IMG/VR virus record: IMGVR_UViG_3300021363_000002
Span: 1 to 48,467 of that record
Strand: one strand, 5' to 3'
Source: a virus
DNA: 48,467 nucleotides
Position 1 is the first letter of the stretch. Every line of letters starts with the position of its first letter. Below are positions 9,635 to 19,339 of the stretch, piece by piece. The notes beneath the pieces were generated by a model. The model worked only from the letters and a program-made list of their open reading frames with translations. It had not been told where the DNA came from and ran no database searches. The translations under genes and the position numbers were made by a program.

Positions 9635-10623
9635 AGGCCGTTAGTTGGGTTCTTGATCAGCTTAGGTGCTTTCGGGAAGGTGTACTGATTAATCTCATCA
9701 GTCTTATCACCCCCACCAAAGTCAAGCCTACCTAATATAGATGCCAGTCCATTGGTATCCATACCAGAATTACCAACGCCTTGCGCTAGTTGTGCTGCGG
9801 CATTCTGATTACTGCCAATGCTACGCTGCATGGCCTGCACAAGCTGTTGCAGTGCTGCATCGCTTCTGCCAGTTAATGCTTGGTTCATCTGGCCACCGGG
9901 ATTGCCTACAGGTGTTGTAGCTGTATCGTCAGCGATACCTTGAAGCAGCTTCAACTCACCACCCATGTTGCTGAGGTCGTTGGCATTCCGCTCTCTATTT
10001 CGAGCACTACCAAGTCGCTTGCCTTCAAGCATGGCGTCTTGCAAAGTCTTGGCATAGTTGTCATCGGCTGACTTATACATGCCTGCCAACTCACTGCTAC
10101 CACCTGTACGTATAAGCTGTCGTGCCAACAAGGAGCTAGCCTCATCCATGCCTTTGCGTCTAGCCGACAACAGTGTATTCGTAGTGTCTGAGATGTCTTC
10201 ACTTTCACTGACCTTAGGCCGGAAGCGGAACTCGTTAAACTTCTTCTGGAACTCCTCTGCACCCATCTTACTACGAGTGTCTAGACGTTCAGCAGCAGCC
10301 CTATTCCTAGGTGCATCCTCACGTAAATTCCTCAACTCTTCATTCTGCTGACTGCCGAGTATAGCCTCAGTCATAGGTGTGGTGTCTATCTCCCACCCTA
10401 CACCGGGAGTGTACTTCAGCAGATTGCCATAAGCATCCCTTCGGCTGCTCTTGGCCATATTCTCTGTTGCCCTGTTTGCTCGTTTAGTCTCAAACAGGCT
10501 GGCCCAATTGATGTTATTGGCGTCCTGCTTAGCCTTGTTATCTGAGAACATGCCAAGAGCAGAGACACCAGCACCAATAAGGGGAGCAATTGGAAACATA
10601 TTAGTACCCGCCTTGTCCGCCAC
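9628..10623 (-). CDS. putative internal virion protein (GTG 10623, or ATG 10599)
   Basis: Track ORF; position inside the internal-protein block. Confidence 0.4.
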   Translation of the reverse strand: MADKAGTNMFPIAPLIGAGVSALGMFSDNKAKQDANNINWASLFETKRANRATENMAKSSRRDAYGNLLKYTPGVGWEIDTTPMTEAILGSQQNEELRNLREDAPRNRAAAERLDTRSKMGAEEFQKKFNEFRFRPKVSESEDISDTTNTLLSARRKGMDEASSLLARQLIRTGGSSELAGMYKSADDNYAKTLQDAMLEGKRLGSARNRERNANDLSNMGGELKLLQGIADDTATTPVGNPGGQMNQALTGRSDAALQQLVQAMQRSIGSNQNAAAQLAQGVGNSGMDTNGLASILGRLDFGGGDKTDEINQYTFPKAPKLIKNPTNGLW

Positions 10624-10963
10624 CCATCATCTTTTGCAATATCATCTGCTTCGGGTCAGGCTGTTGGCCTCGTTGGGCAAGCTGCTCAACTTCCATCAGT
10701 TCAGCATCCGTAGCTGGTTCGCGACCGTTCTGGATCATCCACTCAGCTTTGGCTCTGATATAATCAGGATGGCCTGTTATATCTGGTCCCATAATGCCGC
10801 CATCTTCCCCAACGCCAACCTCTGCATCTGGTGCAATCTCACCACCTTCTTCTGGATTGCGTGGTTGTACTGCTGGACCTGTAGGCCCTTTAGCTGGATT
10901 GCCCCCACCAGCCTGCATTGATTGTTGTATGAGTTGGTTAATGTCTATTGGTCCTTGCATCAC
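10601..10963 (-). CDS. hypothetical virion-associated protein, Gly/Pro-rich
   Basis: Track ORF; ATGA overlap with the upstream gene. Confidence 0.4.
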   Translation of the reverse strand: MMQGPIDINQLIQQSMQAGGGNPAKGPTGPAVQPRNPEEGGEIAPDAEVGVGEDGGIMGPDITGHPDYIRAKAEWMIQNGREPATDAELMEVEQLAQRGQQPDPKQMILQKMMGGGQGGY

Positions 10964-11625
10964 TGATCTCCTAACATCTCTTTAAGTATTTGTGCCTTGA
11001 TATCATCTTGTGGCACCAACTCAGGATCACGATTTGTAGCTACAGGTGTTGTAGCTGCCCTCACTTCGTTGAGTATATCTATCGGAGCCCGTTTCATGTC
11101 TTGTGCAGCACTTGTCCAGAAGCTACTTTTCTGATTAGGCTTCAGGGTAGCATATGCGTTTTCATCCATGCCACCTTTAATACCAAGTATCTCTGCGGCT
11201 TGAGTATATGGCATCTTGAGAAATGTATCTCTACCAATCTGGTTTATCGTCTCTTCGGCTAGCTTTGGATAGGCTTGTGCATCAGGAAAGTCTTTTCTCT
11301 TTTCCTTCTTGACGACGTTCTCATTATAGAGATTTCTGTATCTTGAACTAGGCCCTTCTTCTGGATGGGTGCCAACACCACTATCTAATTGATCCCGCAA
11401 TGTCTCAGACTTATACCGCCCACCACGAGGGTTGATTGGTCCACCAGCTTCACGGCCTCGTTTCATTACAGTCTTCTTCATCATGCTGCGAGGCTGAGCA
11501 GGATCACCACTCTTCAATGTTCGTGTACTAGCCACCATCATCTTGTCCTTGCCAAGTATCTGGTCAAGGATAAAATCCGGTATCGTCCTCGACATAGGTC
11601 GGGACTTTTTATAAATATCACTCAT
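10960..11625 (-). CDS. hypothetical virion-associated protein
   Basis: Track ORF; TAATG overlap with the upstream gene. Confidence 0.4.
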   Translation of the reverse strand: MSDIYKKSRPMSRTIPDFILDQILGKDKMMVASTRTLKSGDPAQPRSMMKKTVMKRGREAGGPINPRGGRYKSETLRDQLDSGVGTHPEEGPSSRYRNLYNENVVKKEKRKDFPDAQAYPKLAEETINQIGRDTFLKMPYTQAAEILGIKGGMDENAYATLKPNQKSSFWTSAAQDMKRAPIDILNEVRAATTPVATNRDPELVPQDDIKAQILKEMLGDQ

Positions 11626-12536
11626 TAGAATGGATTTGTGGTTGCGAGTTCATCATCTTTGTTCGTTGGTTCACCGAACATACCAGAGACAGCCATAGGA
11701 TTGAACGCAGTGTTCTGACTACCTTGTGCAGCACCAGCGATGTTCGCTAGACCACTAGTATCAAACAAGTTTGTCGGGGCTTGCCCACGTACCTTGTCAC
11801 CAAGACCACTGAAGAACGAACTAAAGAAATCATTCAGCTTCGCACCTGTATCAGCGAAGGGGTCAAAGCTATCACCAAGGTTCAAATTACTTGCCCTACT
11901 TCTCGCTGTGTTAGCGATGTTCTCAGCACCACCACGACCAGAGTTCAGTATCCCCATACCGAGTTCTGACAGCCTACCTTGAGCACCGGGCTTTTGGCTT
12001 TGCAGGTTCTTCATAGCTGCCTGAAAACCACTGTCAGTAACAACGCCCCTGTCTCTTAGGTTGGTGACATATTGATTAGCATTGCCTTCTTGCTCACCAA
12101 GGATGGCAGCAATCGTAGCATCATCAGCGGTATCACCGATACGGTTAGTTGCGAAGCCTTCAGGAGCAACTTGGTTAACGCCACGTAATGCCTTACCACG
12201 AGCACCTTCTTGCTCCTGATTGAATACATTCTCGCCAAGACCAGCAAAGTAGCTACCGGGATCACCCGCTAAGTTAGGAACGCTACCTCTAATCTGATTA
12301 GCTTTGTTACTGATCTGCCCACTATACAGCTTTGGGTCTAGACCTCTGCTAGTGAAGTAATCATTAGCTGAGTTTATCCCACTGCCGAATGAACTATTCA
12401 TTCGTGCATCGAATTGAGCCTGTTGAGCAGCCTGATCCTTCGATGCTTGATCCCTTGCCTCACGTTGTGCCTGCGCTTCAATCGCAGCTACTTTATCACT
12501 ATTATCTTGGGGTGCTTTGCTACCGCCACCACACAT
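11625..12536 (-). CDS. putative internal virion protein, Gly/Asn/Gln-rich
   Basis: Track ORF; GGAGA RBS upstream of the ATG. Confidence 0.4.
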   Translation of the reverse strand: MCGGGSKAPQDNSDKVAAIEAQAQREARDQASKDQAAQQAQFDARMNSSFGSGINSANDYFTSRGLDPKLYSGQISNKANQIRGSVPNLAGDPGSYFAGLGENVFNQEQEGARGKALRGVNQVAPEGFATNRIGDTADDATIAAILGEQEGNANQYVTNLRDRGVVTDSGFQAAMKNLQSQKPGAQGRLSELGMGILNSGRGGAENIANTARSRASNLNLGDSFDPFADTGAKLNDFFSSFFSGLGDKVRGQAPTNLFDTSGLANIAGAAQGSQNTAFNPMAVSGMFGEPTNKDDELATTNPF

Positions 12537-12538
12537 CT

Positions 12539-12985
12539 CTAAATCTCCATAGAGTGAATTGTGCCATCTTGTTCAAATCCAAGGCGAGTAGCCAAGCGAG
12601 CGAATGTATCCACATTTCGTCTCATGCTATTGCTTAGCACAACTCTGCGCACTTTTCTTTCTTTCGCCCATTCGATGTAACCAGCTACAAGTGCTGTAGC
12701 TACTCCGAGTGAACGTTTGTCTGGAACGACATAGAAAAAGTGGTCATATGCAATGACTTCGTAACTGAACATCGGAGCGACTACTGTTGCCACTAGCCCT
12801 CCGATGATCTTCTCCTCTTCGACAGCGAGGTTGCCGAAGAACTGTGTATTACCTACGTTCCCTCGCAGTGTATCACCAAGTTTGGTATGGCTGAACTTCA
12901 TGTCACGATAGATTGTATCCTTCAAGTCTGTTTCCAGAATTGTCAGCATTGGTTCAATGTCGTTCAAGCCATACCGTCTAATCAT
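12539..12985 (-). CDS. GNAT-family N-acetyltransferase
   Basis: Acetyl-CoA motif A-like KRSLGVATALVAGYIEWAKERKVRRVVL; 148 aa, a typical GNAT size. Confidence 0.7.
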   Translation of the reverse strand: MIRRYGLNDIEPMLTILETDLKDTIYRDMKFSHTKLGDTLRGNVGNTQFFGNLAVEEEKIIGGLVATVVAPMFSYEVIAYDHFFYVVPDKRSLGVATALVAGYIEWAKERKVRRVVLSNSMRRNVDTFARLATRLGFEQDGTIHSMEI

Positions 12986-12987
12986 GG

Positions 12988-13308
12988 TTATGCATTCGGA
13001 TCGACTGCTGCAGGTGGTGTGTTCTCGACAACGGCGTCAGCAATTTCCTTGCTGTCAGCGTCCATCTCGTCAGCGATTGCCGTCAGTGCAGCCGGATCGG
13101 TAGCATTATCACGGATCAGTTGTGCCAAGTCTTTCACGAGCTTCACCAATGACTTCTCAGCCGTGGTCAGTGCAGCAACGGAAGCCTTAATTCTGTCCAT
13201 TTCAGCAGACATAGTTAACATTCCTTCTATCAGTTGATGTAGTAGTTCATGAATGTGATCAAGTTTTCTGTGCATGGTCACATTTCGGTCTCTCCATGTT
13301 GCAGGCAT
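12988..13308 (-). CDS. coiled-coil hypothetical protein
   Basis: Track ORF; heptad-like, acidic C-terminus. Confidence 0.45.
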   Translation of the reverse strand: MPATWRDRNVTMHRKLDHIHELLHQLIEGMLTMSAEMDRIKASVAALTTAEKSLVKLVKDLAQLIRDNATDPAALTAIADEMDADSKEIADAVVENTPPAAVDPNA

Positions 13309-13317
13309 CTTCCTTCC

Positions 13318-13476
13318 TTAAATCCTGCCCAAGAGGAACAAGATTAGCACGATTACCAATACGACACCTACGATGCCGGACGGACCATAGCCCCAATTGC
13401 CACTGTATCCCCATGTGGGGAACGCACCAAGTAAGACTAAGATTAGAATGATAACAAGAATTGTTCCAATGCTCAT
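13318..13476 (-). CDS. DUF3309-like double-TM micro-protein, 52 aa (MSIGTILVIILILVLLGAFPTWGYSGNWGYGPSGIVGVVLVIVLILFLLGRI)
   Basis: Hand-translated, below the track cutoff. ATGA overlap with the upstream stop at 13473..13476. Sequence pattern matches my memory of the DUF3309 family. Confidence 0.55.
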   Translation of the reverse strand: MSIGTILVIILILVLLGAFPTWGYSGNWGYGPSGIVGVVLVIVLILFLLGRI

Positions 13477-13700
13477 TCGGACCTTTCCTTTTCATCCTTC
13501 ATACCCGCAGCATGTGCTGACTGCTCTGTCAGTTTAAGCAGGTCATCCATGCGAGAGTTTATCATCAGATGCACTTCTGCAATCTTCGCAGCATTTCGAC
13601 GCGATGCCCATACACCTATAACTGCTGTAGCTAATGTCATAGCTTGTGCTGCAAGGATGAGTACCGCGCCGAATGTTATTGTGTCAAGAGTGCCCGACAT
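13473..13700 (-). CDS. single-TM membrane protein (holin/spanin-type lysis accessory candidate)
   Basis: N-terminal TM segment FGAVLILAAQAMTLATAVIGVWA followed by a charged tail; lies in the lysis cluster. Confidence 0.4.
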   Translation of the reverse strand: MSGTLDTITFGAVLILAAQAMTLATAVIGVWASRRNAAKIAEVHLMINSRMDDLLKLTEQSAHAAGMKDEKERSE

Positions 13701-14004
13701 TCGTGTTAGCCGTCTTGATTACAAGGTTAGGTACATTAGAAGGAGTCTCTACAATCGCCTCCCTCTTCACACCAGCCATCACCTTATCAGCCTCTACAGC
13801 TGCATCCATTGCAGCATTAGAAGGACGGAAGATGAGGTTCCAAGCAGGTGGTCCAAATGTGATTATACCCATGACACCAGCGAGCAACCAATCAGATAGC
13901 TTGCCTGTCTGAATAGCATCAAGACCTAGCTGTGTACCAACGCCAGACGATATGATGCTGATTGCATACCGGAGTACGGTTGCAGAGCGCCACCAGTTGT
14001 TCAT
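13684..14004 (-). CDS. membrane protein, holin candidate
   Basis: Two hydrophobic segments; lies between the lipoprotein and the TM protein, downstream of the endolysin. Confidence 0.35.
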   Translation of the reverse strand: MNNWWRSATVLRYAISIISSGVGTQLGLDAIQTGKLSDWLLAGVMGIITFGPPAWNLIFRPSNAAMDAAVEADKVMAGVKREAIVETPSNVPNLVIKTANTNVGHS

Positions 14005-14285
14005 TTCATCAACTTCTTCATGGCATAGGCCTGTGCGATCACGATAGCAATCTCTTGCGAAGTGATCGACTCAGGGTCCATGCACAGGTCATGGATGTTC
14101 TGGTAGTAGGCATTGACCTTTGCCAACTGCTTTGGTGCAGGATCAGTTGCAACATACACCTGATAAGCCCGTGAGGCATTGTTACATGCTTGCACCGCAT
14201 GGTTCTTGATGAAGAGGTCGAGGCTAACCGTGTTGCAGCCAGCTACAAGTGCTGTAGCCATAAGAGAAGCAATGATAATCTTCAT
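14001..14285 (-). CDS. lipoprotein
   Basis: Signal peptide plus lipobox MKIIIASLMATALVAGC; ATGA-type overlap with the endolysin gene. Confidence 0.6.
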   Translation of the reverse strand: MKIIIASLMATALVAGCNTVSLDLFIKNHAVQACNNASRAYQVYVATDPAPKQLAKVNAYYQNIHDLCMDPESITSQEIAIVIAQAYAMKKLMK

Positions 14286-14848
14286 TTCATTATCCTTAAT
14301 TGCTGAACGGCGAAAGCACGGATCGCCTTCGTGGTTAATTCACCCTCTTTACCGTCTTCAGTAAGAGTAGCACCGTGCTTGTTCAATTCTCTCTGTATCC
14401 AGAGAGTTGTACCTTCCACTACAGGTGGTTCTACCACGGCACCTGTTATATTCCAAGGGGTGATATCATCATAGAACTGATCAGGACTCCGGACTGAAAT
14501 ATGCACATGATGCCTATGAGCGTTAACACCTGTATAACTGCGCCATGTCCATGGTGATGGTCCACCTATACCAGAACATATCTGTGCATTAGAGATGATA
14601 TACTTTATCCTTACGTCACGAGAAGCAACTAGCATGTCAGCTAGCTGTCTAGCTACAGGTCCTGTAGTTGGATCGTTCGTGACATCCAACGCACAGACGA
14701 CGCCAAATTCATTAGGATTGTGGTCACTCTTAGTCTTGGCATGAGCGGCGTCACCAATCGTACCATCAGACAACTTACTCCGATTTGGCCACTTCGCATT
14801 GATTTGCTTAAGCAACTGCTCAAGTGACTTCGCTTCACGCCATTTCAT
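14282..14848 (-). CDS. endolysin: metallopeptidase-like cell-wall hydrolase with C-terminal peptidoglycan-binding domain
   Basis: SDGTIGDAAH..SDH..ALDVT..HRHHVHIS (His/Asp metal-site pattern). The C-terminus LWIQRELNKHGATLTEDGKEGELTTKAIRAF looks like PG_binding_1. Confidence 0.6.
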   Translation of the reverse strand: MKWREAKSLEQLLKQINAKWPNRSKLSDGTIGDAAHAKTKSDHNPNEFGVVCALDVTNDPTTGPVARQLADMLVASRDVRIKYIISNAQICSGIGGPSPWTWRSYTGVNAHRHHVHISVRSPDQFYDDITPWNITGAVVEPPVVEGTTLWIQRELNKHGATLTEDGKEGELTTKAIRAFAVQQLRIMK

Positions 14849-15168
14849 CTCATTTCCGCTTTCAGCAGTGCTTTAAACTGCGTTAAGGTTAATGCTGCAT
14901 TTCTACTCTTCATGTCCTTAAACACAACAGTAGCTAATGCCCTTACCACCGACCCCGGCTGTAGCAACTGACGGTTAATCTCCGCATCATCTATAGCACT
15001 CAGATCAACTACAGGTTCCACATATGGGTCAATTGTATCACCAGCAGCTAAACGATCGAGTATCTGTAGCCAATCCTTATTATCATTGTCCACAGGTATC
15101 GTGGTAACTTTTCCAGCTAGCTCGATACAGACACTACCATCTTTATTAAACCGACCAATGACGGCCAT
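14845..15168 (-). CDS. hypothetical protein downstream of the tail fibre gene
   Basis: Track ORF; overlapping start and stop. Confidence 0.45.
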   Translation of the reverse strand: MAVIGRFNKDGSVCIELAGKVTTIPVDNDNKDWLQILDRLAAGDTIDPYVEPVVDLSAIDDAEINRQLLQPGSVVRALATVVFKDMKSRNAALTLTQFKALLKAEMR

Positions 15169-16886
15169 TACTGCAACCTCGCATTAGCTTCCCAAGTCTC
15201 TGTATATGCACCACCACCTGTACCAGTTGCTGTTCGTTGTGACTGGAAACTAGTCGTAGTATTACTGCCAGCGAAAATGCCGGGAGTTGCCCCAAAGTTC
15301 GTGTTACTAACATTTACCTGTGCGATTGTTGGCGCGGCCCGCATTGCTACAGGAAAGAAGGCCATTACACCATAGGCCACTGTGTTCGTAGTATCGCCAG
15401 TAAACTTAAGGAAGGAGTTGTTTACATAATATCTTTGACACCTTGCTAATACCTCATTGACTAGTGGGGATACCCATCTAGAGACACCAGCAATACCTTC
15501 AAAGTCACCATATGCACTGACATCGAACAGTTCAAAAACGTTAGTGTTCACAGCTAGTCCATTACTACTAGCAGCAGTCCCAAAGAAGCTGCCTGCCTGC
15601 CATGCATTCGGCGTTGTTTGGAATGTCGAGCCAGTAGCAAGAGCAAAGATTAGTTGTATCCCTATACCATTCGTATTTAACCATGTCCCCGCTGTATCAC
15701 CGGGGAACGTTAGTGATTGCTCTGTATCAGTATTAGCCTGTCCACCAGATATGGTAAATTCACGAACGTATGCACGATCGTTAGCACTATTTCTGACTGC
15801 TACTGTATATGTTCCAGCAGGCCCTTTGAAACCGAAGCGAAGCCTTAAAGTCTTGGCACTTGCTGTACCCCATTGAAGGGCAGCAACAGTATATCCTTCC
15901 ATCATCTGACGGATATATAAAAATTCACCAGCCGCAAGTGCTGCATCAGCCGTTGTTACCGACAGACGAACACGATTTCTTTCACCATTCGGTGTGACAG
16001 ATACTACATTCTGAAAAGATAACACACCAGCCGATGTTGAGAAGAACATGGCCCATTCATCAGCAGCATGATATCCAGTTGTACCACCGGCTACTGTGCT
16101 ATTCTCCTGACTAATCTGCATAGACGGATTAGTAATCAGGTTTCGCCTTGCTTGCACTTCGCACTTGTTATCTACATATGCTGTAGTTGCAACCGACGTG
16201 TCATCACTTGTAATAGCAGGAGTAGGTGCAACAGGACTGCCTGTCATTGTAGGTGAGACAATCGTAGGTGCATTGAATATCGCAGCAAGCATCTGTGTAT
16301 AAGTAAACTTAACTAAGTTATTGCTATCAGCACTGTTAGCATAGCCAAACTGATCAGCACCTACAGGTGTAGCTTTCGCTGTAGCAGCATTAATTGATTG
16401 CCCAATGCCACCAGTGACATAAGCAGTCATGTCAATCAGTGTTGTGATATTACCATTGGCAACATCAACGTTGTAGCTAGCACCACTAGTATAAGCCGTC
16501 TTCACAACACCAAAGCGATTGTTGTCAGACAGGAAATCGTTAACATTATAATTCGTGGCAGTGACCCATGCACCACGGTTATTCACAGCAGCCGTAAACA
16601 ACGTCCAGTATGTAGGATGAGCAACTCTATCCTGTGCAAAGGTTGTAGGGGCAGCAGCTGAAGTATGATTAGCACTAACAGTCCAGATGTTGCCTGTGAC
16701 ATTATCAATGGCACGTTGTCCAATCGTATAGACTGTATTGTTCAGCCAGATGCCCTGCGTGACTAGACCTGTCAATGCTCTGAATGCTGCATCAAGGATG
16801 GTGAAGTTACCATTGACAGCATCGTGCCAAGTAACAATGTTGAAGTCTTTCAACTCTAGATGCAGACTGGTTGTGAAGACGCTCAT
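15168..16886 (-). CDS. tail fibre protein
   Basis: 572 aa. N-terminus (W..AVNGNF..LD) resembles a conserved fibre N-terminal module. Thr/Ala/Asn-rich beta-type C-terminal region. Sits after the tail genes. Confidence 0.5.
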   Translation of the reverse strand: MSVFTTSLHLELKDFNIVTWHDAVNGNFTILDAAFRALTGLVTQGIWLNNTVYTIGQRAIDNVTGNIWTVSANHTSAAAPTTFAQDRVAHPTYWTLFTAAVNNRGAWVTATNYNVNDFLSDNNRFGVVKTAYTSGASYNVDVANGNITTLIDMTAYVTGGIGQSINAATAKATPVGADQFGYANSADSNNLVKFTYTQMLAAIFNAPTIVSPTMTGSPVAPTPAITSDDTSVATTAYVDNKCEVQARRNLITNPSMQISQENSTVAGGTTGYHAADEWAMFFSTSAGVLSFQNVVSVTPNGERNRVRLSVTTADAALAAGEFLYIRQMMEGYTVAALQWGTASAKTLRLRFGFKGPAGTYTVAVRNSANDRAYVREFTISGGQANTDTEQSLTFPGDTAGTWLNTNGIGIQLIFALATGSTFQTTPNAWQAGSFFGTAASSNGLAVNTNVFELFDVSAYGDFEGIAGVSRWVSPLVNEVLARCQRYYVNNSFLKFTGDTTNTVAYGVMAFFPVAMRAAPTIAQVNVSNTNFGATPGIFAGSNTTTSFQSQRTATGTGGGAYTETWEANARLQ

Positions 16887-18754
16887 CGCTTGAATGTTCC
16901 TTTAGCAATCAACAGTGAGATAGCTAGTATCTGCAATCTCTCTTTCGTAGAGCCGAGTATTCTCAGCTTCGCTATCTTGAACTCTACAGGGAAGCCCCAC
17001 AAGCGTTCGTCAGCAGCACGTCTACCACCGCCATATGGCTGGTCACCCCCACCATATCCGGGACTGTCACCTGCAACGAACTCCATCTCTAGCATTGGGT
17101 CATCAAAACCGAGGGCATCTACACGTATCTTGTCTACATATACTTGCAGTGTAAACGTCGCCATGCCAAGAGTATCGAGAGCAATAAAGCTGACACGCTT
17201 CTTACGCATACGGTTATTTGTGTCAGTCCAAGGCATCTCCCAATCGAAGCTGATAGGCTGTCCTACATATACTTCCCAAAAGTTAGCAGCGAGGTCAGCG
17301 GCGAACGTTCCAGATGTATGACTTATCAACACTTGATAAACTATGCCAGCTTGCCGACGGCGGTCCCCAACTACATATGCTGTAGCTGTCACCCAATTTC
17401 CATCATCCTCATCGATATCGTCTGCTGTGTAATCCTCATCAGCAAAGATGCCATTTCCGTACTGGAACATCTTTGTGCCTCTGGCCAAGAACACACGCCC
17501 TTTGGTAGTTACCAAGCCACTTGTATATGACCAGCCGTCTTTCTTACTCCAAGCAACCTTCTTCACACCCTCATTGTATGTGGCCGTGTATATTTTATAA
17601 GCTGTGCCAGAGAACAGGAAGTACATAACCCTATTCTCACTCTTATTATGCACAGCGAATGTCTTTAGCCGATTAGCCGAGTCAGGCATGACATCAGCAA
17701 CGAACTCCTTCTGTACTCGGAGTGATATCTTCTCACTCTCAAGAGCATTACCGAAGGTGTTACGCCTTGCTTTATGCACACCGAGTTCATCAGCGTACAA
17801 GATGTCATTCTCTAGAATGATCGTTGTACGATGACTGATAATTCCATGCTCAGGGATGGTATCGAGAACTCTAGGCTTGTGAACAGCAGATACATACTCA
17901 CCAAGGACCATGATGACTGAAGTCGTAGCAAAGTGAATGATAAGGAAGTTCCTGAAACTCGATAACCCTCGTATATCACCGCCTTGTTGTGCCGTATAAC
18001 TCGCTATGTTGATAGACAATGCATCATTTGGTGCGGGATCGCCGGGCCAAGTTCCAGATGTGCCAGCACTAGATATGTAAATAACATCAGGAGTAGCAGC
18101 GACGCCAGCCATAACGCAGTAGTTACCCACAGTAGTAACGTACTTAGCGATTGGGACATTTACATTACTCCCTGTTGGTAAGTCATTCAAATACGTAACA
18201 GTGTGTGTCTTACTGATTAATATAGGCTTATCTATACCATTCACCACGACGAGTTCATTCTTGAACTCTGTTGTGTCTATCTGTGTCAGGCCATTAGTCC
18301 AGAAACCCGGTGCCCCCGGTAGAGCCGCAGCGATAGCAGCAGTCCATATAGCCGTTTTGACACCAGCTTCAGTGACAGTAGCGATCTGACCAGTAGTCAT
18401 GAAGTCTATTAGCTTGTCTCTGAAGTATACCATCTCTAGTATGGTGCCAGTGACAGTGCCAGCAACATCGAATTTAAACTTTGTACCCCAACGAACAGAT
18501 TTAGTTCCGTCTACGTCACGGTGTACGTTACGTTCTACCTTACTGAAATTACTCTTCAGCTTGAGGTCATTCTCAGACAAGTCTAAGCCACCAGAGAAGT
18601 CATCAAGTGTGACCTCTTCTGGTCTAGGCTGAGCCTTGCGAGCAATCTTTAGCTTAAATCGTCCGAATGGTGAGAGGAGCATGTGTACTTCCGCCACCGT
18701 AACCAACCACGTCTTCGGAGAGGGACGAGATATAGTCACTGTAGAGTATTTCAT
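16883..18754 (-). CDS. tail tubular protein B / nozzle-like protein (start probably ATG 18682)
   Basis: About 600 aa gene after an adaptor-size gene, as in T7-like order. Starting at 18754 would overlap the upstream gene by 100 nt. Confidence 0.35.
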   Translation of the reverse strand: MKYSTVTISRPSPKTWLVTVAEVHMLLSPFGRFKLKIARKAQPRPEEVTLDDFSGGLDLSENDLKLKSNFSKVERNVHRDVDGTKSVRWGTKFKFDVAGTVTGTILEMVYFRDKLIDFMTTGQIATVTEAGVKTAIWTAAIAAALPGAPGFWTNGLTQIDTTEFKNELVVVNGIDKPILISKTHTVTYLNDLPTGSNVNVPIAKYVTTVGNYCVMAGVAATPDVIYISSAGTSGTWPGDPAPNDALSINIASYTAQQGGDIRGLSSFRNFLIIHFATTSVIMVLGEYVSAVHKPRVLDTIPEHGIISHRTTIILENDILYADELGVHKARRNTFGNALESEKISLRVQKEFVADVMPDSANRLKTFAVHNKSENRVMYFLFSGTAYKIYTATYNEGVKKVAWSKKDGWSYTSGLVTTKGRVFLARGTKMFQYGNGIFADEDYTADDIDEDDGNWVTATAYVVGDRRRQAGIVYQVLISHTSGTFAADLAANFWEVYVGQPISFDWEMPWTDTNNRMRKKRVSFIALDTLGMATFTLQVYVDKIRVDALGFDDPMLEMEFVAGDSPGYGGGDQPYGGGRRAADERLWGFPVEFKIAKLRILGSTKERLQILAISLLIAKGTFKR

Positions 18755-19328
18755 ACATCTGCTGCGAGAGTTGTGCAGCAGCCGGATTTATCCCATCGCT
18801 TTCGAGCAGCTTCCAAGCCGCCCCCATTGCTATTATGTCTGATGGGAAAGGAACGATATCCTGTGGTACGAAATCGATTGGCTTCGTCCTGCACCGTAGG
18901 GCTACAACACTTGTAGCTGCGAGCGGCCAGAACTGAATTACCTTCTTTGTGAACAAATCTGGAGCAGCGGCATCGTACACGATAGGTGTATAATACATAG
19001 CTGCACTGCCATTGATTATCTTATAACTCATATCATACGGCTTTACGAGTTGTCTGGAAAAGTCACTAAGATATATACATTCAATATCCTCGAAGCCTTT
19101 ACAGAAGGCATCGATATCAGTAGTCAGCAGCCCCGTGGTTCCATTGACTGTTACCGTATGCCAATCGGTCAGGTGATCCCAAAACCGCTTACGGAACATC
19201 ATGTCGAATATGACTTGAATAGCCTGATAGATCAGCGGTTCAGTGTATGTCTGAACCGCTGTTCCATTGACAAGGCCCACATCCTTTTGCACGTCTAGCA
19301 TTAACAGTTGTGCAGATTTGTAGGCCAT
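18654..19328 (-). CDS. head-tail adaptor / tail tubular protein A-like
   Basis: 224 aa; position between the capsid block and the large tail gene. Confidence 0.35.
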   Translation of the reverse strand: MAYKSAQLLMLDVQKDVGLVNGTAVQTYTEPLIYQAIQVIFDMMFRKRFWDHLTDWHTVTVNGTTGLLTTDIDAFCKGFEDIECIYLSDFSRQLVKPYDMSYKIINGSAAMYYTPIVYDAAAPDLFTKKVIQFWPLAATSVVALRCRTKPIDFVPQDIVPFPSDIIAMGAAWKLLESDGINPAAAQLSQQMYEILYSDYISSLSEDVVGYGGGSTHAPLTIRTI

Positions 19329-19339
19329 GTCATTACCTC

